Positions 54,200-64,000 of a stretch of DNA of 64,000 nucleotides are shown here, in pieces. The notes beneath the pieces are model-generated. The model saw only the letters and a program-made list of their open reading frames with translations. It ran no database searches and was not told the origin of the DNA. The first letter of the stretch is position 1, and each line of letters begins with the position of its first letter. Location of the stretch: assembly GCF_009914755.1 (NCBI RefSeq), contig NC_060934.1. The stretch is one strand, 5' to 3'. This DNA comes from the human T2T-CHM13v2.0 reference genome, Homo sapiens. The position numbers were made by a program, and so were the translations under genes.

Positions 54200-57100
54200 C
54201 ATCTTCCTGTGTTTTATAATATGTATTAGAATCCTTGTTGTTCTTCCTTCAGGTGTTTTTAAGTGGTTATGTACTTTTTGATATTTTGAGAACAGAGAGA
54301 AATGCTTTTTAATTTTTTTTTCTGAAAACCACCATGTTTTAAAATACTTCCTCTTGGGATGTATGTTTTTCATGTAGTTATTTGTTTTTATTCCATTCTC
54401 TTTTTCCTCTTAACATTTATGTTTAAGTCCCACTCATGTTTCTTTCTGATTGATACTCAGTTTTAAATGGGATCAGTTGTTTACATGGGTGTATACAGAT
54501 ATAAGATGGTGTAACAGGAGTGAAGTACTGAAGTTGATAGTTTGGATTATTTTGCTTAAAATCCTTATCCCAACAGTTTATTATTTCTTTATCTTGGGTT
54601 AATGTATTTGTTCAGTTTTATTTCTGAAAACATGAGTTTGGGATAAATTTTGTGGAACCAGTTTTTCTGTGTAATAATCTAGTAACTACCACTTTCCTTA
54701 AATTTTAAAAAAGTTGTTTATTGGATTATGACAACTTCTAAATAATTTTCTTGTTAAGAATCATTTCAGTTAAGGTGGTTGTGAACATTTCACTCAATAA
54801 TCCGATGTGGCAGTTATGTTATGTGATTGCTCAATTTTAATCAGTCATATAAATATGGAAGAGTAAGCTGAAATTTTCAGTAGTAAATACTATAGATTTT
54901 GATAGTAAGTGCCTCATTAAAAGGAGGTAAACCATTCCTTTTTCTTTGGGTGTAAGATTCAGTGGATGTGTTTAGGAAGAGAATAATATAATTTCAAGAT
55001 ATTTATGATATGTTTATATACCTGTGTATGAAAGAGAGATTTCTCCTTGGTCACTGTTTTAAAAGTCACATCCAGCCATTCAAGCAGTGCCCAATTATAG
55101 CTCCCACTGCCCTCAATGAAATGGCCACTTTTTTTCTGGCGTAATTTAATAAAAATTAGACAATTACAGAACCAAACTTCCAAGGAACCTTCAAAAAGTG
55201 AGAAGGGGAAAAAAAAGGCACATTTTGAACAAACTATTAATTTTAATGAGTCACTTGGGTAACAGGAGATTATTGCCTCAGTTAGTCTGAGCCATGCACT
55301 TGTGATGTAAAACAGTTAATGCAATTTCCCTATTCAAATAAAATTAACACTCATATTTAGTGTTCTTGAAAAAATTTTTGGCATATTTCTAGTTGTCAGT
55401 AAACAATCTTGGACTTGCATTTTCACATTTGTTTTAGCAAGTCATGCTATAGTAGTATCTTTAGACGCTGATTATCTGCTACCCTCATTGTGACGTAGTT
55501 TTGACCCTCAGCAAAGCTGGAAAATGCATGTAAGGGACCAAAGATTTTGCAGGCAAATATAGCATGGTTGAAAATACATGCCAAGATTTAAGTAAGGCAA
55601 GAACAGCATCCCCATTTTGCTCACCTGTCGCTGAATAGTTCCTGGTCATTCCTGTTCAGAAAGTTATTAGTAATCAATAAATATTAAACCAAATATGCCA
55701 TGTACAGTTGGTCCATGTGGGGTTATAACTATTTCCTACACACTCTTGTATGCATTGCAAATGATTATATTGTCTTCCAGTGATGTAACAAGATATTTGG
55801 CACCAGGAGAGGGTAATTTTTTAAAAACCCTTTGTTATTGAATAAAAGCATTTTAAATAATAATTATATAATAGTTCAGTAATAGTAGTTTCTTGATTTT
55901 TTTAGTTTTAAACAATTAATGATTTTAAAATGATAAATTTCAATTAAAATGTATTATTCAGATTCTGTAAAATATTGTATGTATAATTCAAAATTTTCCC
56001 CTTAAGAAAGATATTACATCTTGCGGTCTACATTATGTTTTAATTTTTAAAATTTGAAACCAAATAAAATCTCTAAATAGTTATAAAGAATGAGTGGATT
56101 GAAATAACTCAGATTCTATTCCTTCATCTTTACAACCATTGCAGCCATTGTGCTGTCTTTATTGATTTTTGAATCTACTATTTAAATGATAAATGGGAGC
56201 TAGCACAGGAGTAGACACAAAGTGTATCTGGTATTAGCTCCCAATTACAAAAATACTCTATTCATTAAAGGTTAGTGTCCCTAAGCCCACATTTTGAGTT
56301 ATTTTGATTAACTGTCAGTTATTCTAATTAACATCCATAAAAACCACAGTTTCTTAATAGGTAACTAATAAAACATTCTTATGTTAAACATGTATATTTA
56401 TTAATACAAAAACATAGATTAATAAAAGTCTTTTACAACCATGAGGTATAAAATTTAGAACACAAAAAGATTATATTTCAGGGAAGAATAGTACATAATT
56501 GGCCTTTTTTAGGCTTGCCTGCACATCAAGATAAGAAAAAAAGCAGACTATTAGTCAATTTTATTATTACTTTAAGGTTTCTAGGCAATTTACCTCCGCT
56601 AGGACTTACAACTCCTTACCTTCAGCCATTGGTATGGCTAATCTCAAGTACTTTAGAATTGTGTTTGTGACCCTGTGTTTGTTTCTATGTACGTGTGTGT
56701 GCATGTGAATGCTTGACCTTATCTTCCATATTAGAAGGTAAAATTCTTGCATGTAAGCTCAGAAATTGATAAAGCTCTGCAACAGATGTGAATAGCAATC
56801 AAAACAATCGAACATCTAATTTGAGTATCTTAAATTATCTTACTTTTGTATTAATATATATTTTGGATTAACTGATAAACACCAAGGCCACACCAGCAAG
56901 AGTATTCACAACTTGAATCATTTGTGGAAATAATGATGTTTAACTTCTGTCTTAAATATTTAAAAACAGATGATATTTTTGTTACCAGTTACAGATGTCA
57001 TCCCAAAAATTGAAATGCAAAATTTAAAACACTAATGCTAAATGTGTGCATGCACACAGACACACAAACACACACATACATGCATGCACAATTCTGATGC

Positions 57101-57344
57101 TACAAATTTTACACAAAAATGAATAGACATTTAAGAACAGGTTTAGTTACCTTTGACTTTAAGGTGATAATTTATCTTTAAAAGTGCAACTATTCCCAGG
57201 TAAAATGAAAAGTAGAAAATATAACTTCTTGTGTCTGGCTTTTCCAGCAGCCCGCAGCCAAACCTAAGTTTGGTTATATAACCTCAAATAAAATTGGGAG
57301 ATAATGCATTATAAGGTATCTTTAATGTGCTACCTAATTCCTTA

Positions 57345-57925
57345 CTGTAATTGTTATTTATTAATGCACAACAAATACAGAGTATCCTCAAATCAGCAGC
57401 TTGAAACAATAAATATTTATCTCATAATTTCTGTGGGTCAGAAACTGAACACAGCATAGTTGGGTACCTATGACTCAGGGATCTTTCACAAGTTTGCAGT
57501 AAAAGTGTTGGCCAGGGCTGCAGTTTTATCTGCAGTCTTCACTGGGGAAGATCTACTCCCAAGATCACTCATGTGATTGTTGCAAAATTCAGTTTTTCTT
57601 GAATTAAGGCCTCAGTTCCTCAGGAGCTGTGGCTGAATGTCTCTTTTAGTTTCTTGCCACGTAGTCCTATCTGAAGACTGTCTGAAAACATGACAGACAG
57701 CTTCATGAATGGAAGAGTGCAAGGTAGAATGCCAATAAAATTGAAAGTGAGTTGAAGTATTAGGAATACCACAATCTTTTGTATCCTGAACATGAAAGCA
57801 CTATATCCTCAATATAATGGGGCTATAAGTGGCCAAGTATAGTCCAAATACAAAGTGAGGAGAATAATATAAAGATAAAATACCAACAGGTAAGGATCAT
57901 GAGAGATGATTTTTTAAATTTGCCC
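57345..57925 (-). mobile_element. MLT1 (MLT1E/F-like) MaLR LTR
   Basis: atctcataatttctgtgggtcag...gttggccagggctgcag...actggggaagatctactcccaagatcactcatgtgattgttg. Confidence 0.65.
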
Positions 57926-59249
57926 ATTCAGTTACTACATGGACAGCTTCAAATTTCTGTACTTTCTATTATTGTACTATCCTATTCTACTCTGCATGTT
58001 CTATTTGTCTTTGTTATAAACTTAAGACCAGTTATTCCAAATGATTTAAAAGTTTAACTTCTCCCTTACAGCATGGTCAATAGTGGGAAAATAAATTATT
58101 TACTATGGAAACACATTATTTAAATTAAGTAATTTGCAAGGAATTCGAAAGATGTGCTTGTGTGTAGGGTTGGGTGGGCAATAGACAGCCTTTGAACGTC
58201 CACCTTCATTTTATTTTTGCCCCATTTTAAAAACTACATATTAAATTTAAATAAGTTTTGTTACTACTTACTGGATAAAATATTCTGGACAAGTAAAAAG
58301 TTTTCAAAATTATTTTATTTTTGTAATGATTTTTCTGTATTTTATTTTGAGCGAGAGCAATTATTAGTCATTATTGTATCATAAAAATAACAGAAAAATC
58401 CATTTTTCTTGACTTAATCTGGTAGGTCTATCAATGTTTAATTAAAACTGAAGTATTGATATAAACATGAAGTGAAAACAGAAGAAATAGATATTTTAAA
58501 TTTTAGAATTCACTTGCACAATTTTATTTTTACAGATCTGATTTCTGTGACCATATATTAGTTTAGGATTTGCAAAATTTTATATAAATGTAAATATAGA
58601 TTTTGCACATTCTCAAAAGGTCCTGGTTTCTTACACTTAGAAAAATTATTTTGACTTTCACCCATGTTGCTGTATTTAGTGATTGTCCATGAATTTCTTA
58701 TTATTGCTAAAGAGTATTTTATTGTATGCATATACCACAACTTGTTTATTCATTTATTAATACCTCTTAATGGGCATTTGGGTTTCCCCCATATTGAGTG
58801 AAATTTAGTTGTGAATTTTACATAAATCTAATATTTGGGAGTAAACCGTATGTGCTAAGAATATATTTTAAGATTCTATTGTCTAAATTGTCTTTTTAAT
58901 TTATCCTGTTCAGGGCAGCAATGACCAAGCCTAATAATATGTGTAAGTAGTGTTGGGAAGCAATGTGGGGAATTGGCCTTTGTGGGTTATGATGAATGTT
59001 CCTTATTTCTTCATATAAAATTGTATTTTATTTATTTTTATTTTTATTCTGTATATTCAAGGTGTACAACACAATGTTTTGATATACATATACACAATAA
59101 AATGATGACTATGGATGTAAATTAACATGTCCATCACCTTCCATCCTTACCTTTGTTATGTTACAAGAGTACCTAAAATCTACTCTGTTAACAGATTTTT
59201 AAAAATACAATACAATAATATTAACTCTGGTCTTTAAGGTACACATTAG

Positions 59250-59563
<314 letters not shown>

Positions 59564-60205
59564 AGTGCACATTAGAGTTATATGCTATACGTTAGATCTT
59601 TAGACTTATTCATTTATCATAATAGCAAATTGGGTGACCTGCTTCACCCAATTTCTTCCACTTCCATGATGCTGGTAACCACCATTGCACTCTGATCCAA
59701 TGAAGACTACTGTTTTTTATATTGCACATATAAGTGATATCAGACAATCTTTTTCTTTTGATGTCTGAAAATGAAGTGTCTTAGCAGACTGTTCTTCAGG
59801 TTCATTCATGTTGTTGCAAATGGTAGTATCTTTTTTTTTTTTTTTAGAATGAATAGCATTGTATGGTATATGAACACTAAAATGTCTTTATTCATCCACT
59901 GATGGACACACACTGTTTTCCCATATCTTGATTATTGTGAATAATACTGCAATTAACGTGGGCGGACAGATATCTCTACAAGGTAAGGATTCATTTTTTT
60001 GGGGTGCATAACCAGCAGAAGGATTTCTGGGTCATATGGTAGTTCTATTTTTAGTTTTTTTGAGGAAACTCTATTATATTATTTTTTATAATGGCTGTTG
60101 CAATTTATATTTTCACCAGTTGTGTATAAGAGTTTCCTTTTCATCACATTCTTGCCAACATTTAGTTCTTGACACTTTGATAATAGCTATTCTAAAGGGT
60201 GTGAA

Positions 60206-60557
60206 GGCCGGGCGCAGTGGCTCACACCTGTAATCCCAGCACTTTGGGAGGCCGAGGCGGGCGGATAACGAGGTCAGGAGATCGAGACCATCCTGGCTAA
60301 CACAGTGAAACACCATCTTAAAACTGAAGTTGTTTAAGTTTGGTATAAACATGAAGTGTTTATAAAATACAAAAAAGTACCCGGGCGTGGTGGCGGGCCC
60401 CTGTAGAATCTACTCGGGTGGCTGAGGCAGGAGAATGGCGTGAACCCGGGAGGCGGAGCTTGCAGTCAGCGGAGATCATGCCACTGCACTCCTGCCTGGG
60501 CAACAAAGGGAGACTCTGTCTCATAAATAAATAAATAAATATATAAAAAAAATTTTA
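60206..60557 (+). mobile_element. AluY, with a ~45-bp foreign insertion at the central linker
   Basis: accatcctggctaacac and ggagaatggcgtgaacccgggaggcggagcttgcag; TSD aaagggtgtgaa 60194-205 / 60558-69. Confidence 0.93.
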
Positions 60558-62129
60558 AAAGGGTGTGAAGTGATATCTCATAGTGTTTTTCTATTTGTAT
60601 TTTCCTACTGATTTGTAATGTTGAACACCTTTTCATACACCTGTTCATTATTTGTGTGTCTTCTTTAGAAAAATGTCAACTCAAATTTTTTGCCCATTTT
60701 TAAATCTTGTTTGGTTTTGTTGCTGTTATTGAGTTGTGTGACGTTCTTATGTTTTTTGGATATTAATCCCTTATAGAATATATGGTGTGAATTTATTGTC
60801 TTCAAATCTTTAGGCTGCATTTTCACATTGTTGATTGTGGTGCAGTAGCTTTTTTTGCTTGATGTAGTCCCACTTGTTTATTTTTAATTTTTGTGCTTGT
60901 CATCTGAGCTTTTGGTGTGATATCTAAAAATTACTGCCGTCTTTAATATGAGGCACCTTTTCTCCAATGTTTCTTTGTATAAGTTTTATGGTTTAAAGTG
61001 ATGGAATTAGGTCTTTAATTCATTTTGAGTTGATTTTTGTGTATGGTATAAGTAAGGGTCCAATTTCATTATTTTTCATGCGGATATAGTATTCCCAACA
61101 TCATTTCTTGAACAAATTATTCTTTTCCTATTGCATCTTCTTGGTAGCCTTGTTGAAAATTAGTCAACTGTATAGGTTTGGGTTCATTTCTGGGCTCTCT
61201 ATTCTGATCCACTGGTCTCTGTGTCTGGTTTTATGTTACTATCATATTTCTTTGATTACTATAGCTTTGAAATATAATTTAAAATCTGGAAGTGTGACAC
61301 CTCTTTTTTTTTTCATTGTCAAGCTTGTTTTGGCTGTTCAGGGTCTTTTGAGTTCATGCAAATTTTAAGATTGCTTTTTCTATTTCTGTAAAAAAATGAA
61401 AATTGGAGTTTTAATAGGGATTGAATTGAATCTTTATGCCATTTTGGGTAGTACAGACATTTTATCAATGCCTATTTTTCTAATTCATGAACTCAACATA
61501 TCATTCCATTTATTTGTGTCTTTCTCGATTTCCTTCATCAATGTTTTATAGTTTACATCATATAGATCTGGCACTTACTTGGTTAAACTCATGTTTAAGG
61601 ATTTTAATTTGATGCTTTCATAAATGAGATTTTAAAAATTTCTTTTTGCATAGATTGTTATTGGTGCAAAGAAATGCCACTAATTTTTGTATGTTGATTT
61701 TGTATCTTGCAACTTTACTGAGTAACTTTTAACACTATGTTTTATGGAGTTTAGGGTTTTCTACATATAGGATCATGTCACCTGCAAACATGAATAATTA
61801 TACTTCTTCCTTTCTGATATAGATGTGATTTTGTTGTTTTACTTGTCTAGTTCCTCTTGCTGGTACTCTCAATAGCATGTTATGTAGAAGTGAGAATGGG
61901 TATTTTTTGCCTATTTTTATATCATAGGGGAATAGCATTTATATTTCTTCATTGATTATGATGTTAGCTTGGAATTTTCATAAATGGCCATTATTTTGTG
62001 AGGAAAATTTTCTTTTATTCTATTTATTGAAAGCTTTTATCATGAACGATGGTTTAACTTTTTCGATGCTTTTTCTACATCTATTGAGATAAGTATGCTT
62101 ATCTCAATAGGTGCTTTCATCACCCTTCA

Positions 62130-62573
<444 letters not shown>

Positions 62574-63087
62574 CTATTTTATTGAGGAGTTTTGCATGTC
62601 TGTTCATGTTGACCTGTAGCTTGCTTTCTTGTATCTTTGTTTGGCTTTGGTATGAGGGTGATGCAGGCTTATAAAATGAGTTTGAAAATGTTTCCTCTGA
62701 TTTTGTTTTTTAGATGAGTTTTTAAAAAGTTAGTATTAATTCTTTGAATGTTTGCTAGAATTTAATCAGGAAATTATCTGTTCTTGGGCTTTTCTTTGTT
62801 GGGAGATTTTTTTTATTACTACCTAAATCTCTTTGTTATTATTCTATTAAAGTATTTATTTTTAATTCAGTATTGGTAGGTTTTTTGTTTCTAAAAATGC
62901 ATTTGTTTCCTCTAGATTATCCAATTTGTTGGATTATAATTATCCATAATCATCCCATATAATCTTTTTTATTTCTGAAGCACCTGTTGTAATGTCTTCT
63001 CCCTCATTTCTGATTCTATTAGAATTTTCTGTCTTTTTTAATCAGTTAGTTGAGCCAAGGTTTGTCTATCTTATTTTTTGAGAAAAC

Positions 63088-63921
63088 AAAACTAGAAGAA
63101 ATGGATAAATTCCTTGACACATACACCCTCCCAAGACTAAGCCAAGAAGAAGTCTAATCCCTGAAGAGACCAATAACAAGTTCTGAAATTGAGGCAGTAA
63201 TCAGTAGCTTACCAACAACAACAACAACAAAAACAACAAAGCCCAGGACTAGACGGATTCACAGCCAAATTCTACCAGAGGTACAAAGAGGAGCTGGTAC
63301 CATTCTTTCTGGAACTATTCCAAACAATTGAAAAGGAGAGACTCCTCCCTAACTCATCTAGCATCACCCTGATACCAAAACCTGGCAGAGACACAACAAC
63401 AACAACAAAAAAATTCAGGCCAACATCCCTGATGAACTTCAATGCAAAAATCCTCAATAAAATACTGTCAAGCCAAATCCAGTAGCACATCAAAAAGCTT
63501 ATCCACCATGATCAAGTCGGCTTCATCCCTGGGATGCAAGGCTGGTTCAGCATATACAAATCAATCAACATAGTCCATCATATAAACAGAATCAATAACA
63601 AAAACCACATCATTATCTTAATAGATGTCGAAAAGGCTGTTGATAAAATTCAACATCCCTTTATGTTAAAAACTCTCAATAAACTAGGTATTGATGGAAC
63701 ATATCACAAAATAATAAGAGTTATTTATGACAAATCTATAGCCAGTATCACTCTGAATGGGCAAAAGTTGGAAGCACTCTCTGTGAAAACTGGCACAAGA
63801 CAAGGACATCCTGTCTTACCACTCCTATTCAACATAGTATTAGAAGTTCTGTCCAGGGCAATCAGGCAAGAGAAAGAAATAAAGGGTATTCAAATAGGAC
63901 GAGAGGAAGTCAAATTGTCTC
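63088..63921 (+). mobile_element. L1PA (PA7/8-like) ORF2 segment, 5'-truncated; interrupted by an Alu at the window edge
   Basis: ctagaagaaatggataaattccttgacacatacaccctcccaagactaa through gaggaagtcaaattgtctc. Confidence 0.92.
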
Positions 63922-64000
63922 TTTTTTTTTTTTTTTTTTTTTTTTTGAGGCGGAGTCTCGCTCTGTTGTCCAGGCTGGAGTGCAGTGGTGTGATCTCGGC
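63922..64000 (-). mobile_element. Alu 3' end with poly-A tail, cut by the window edge
   Basis: 25-nt T run, then gaggcggagtctcgctctgttgtccaggctggagtgcagtgg. Confidence 0.93.

Noticed and set aside
62900-63200. Opposite-strand L1 junction suggesting twin priming or another inversion
   Set aside because: The left part is an old, diverged L1MA and the right a much younger L1PA; more simply an independent insertion whose other end lies outside the window.

Overview
AT-rich, CpG-poor primate genomic DNA (most likely human, from AluY/AluS/AluJ, L1PA, LTR12 and THE1/MST content). It looks intergenic or deep-intronic, and roughly half is recognisable interspersed repeat. I can support no protein-coding gene, RNA gene or CRISPR array: the ORFs I can assign are decayed L1 ORF1/ORF2 or MaLR pieces, Alu frames, or what look like chance frames. 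Subfamily names come from remembered consensus motifs, not from a RepeatMasker run. I found no new gene system. The notable signal is structural. (1) An apparent ~5 kb inversion (about 21958-27011) splits one full-length L1PA7/8 and its host MST provirus; the 14-bp target-site duplication now lies on opposite strands (24415-24428 and 30569-30582). (2) There is a series of templated-insertion and fold-back scars. Short pieces were copied from donors 1-4 kb away in this window or from the immediate flanks (3161-3289, 16497-16612, 31896-31945, 37535-37605, 59422-59448, 60318-60364, 62081-62110). These resemble fossil polymerase-theta end-joining or template-switch repair events.
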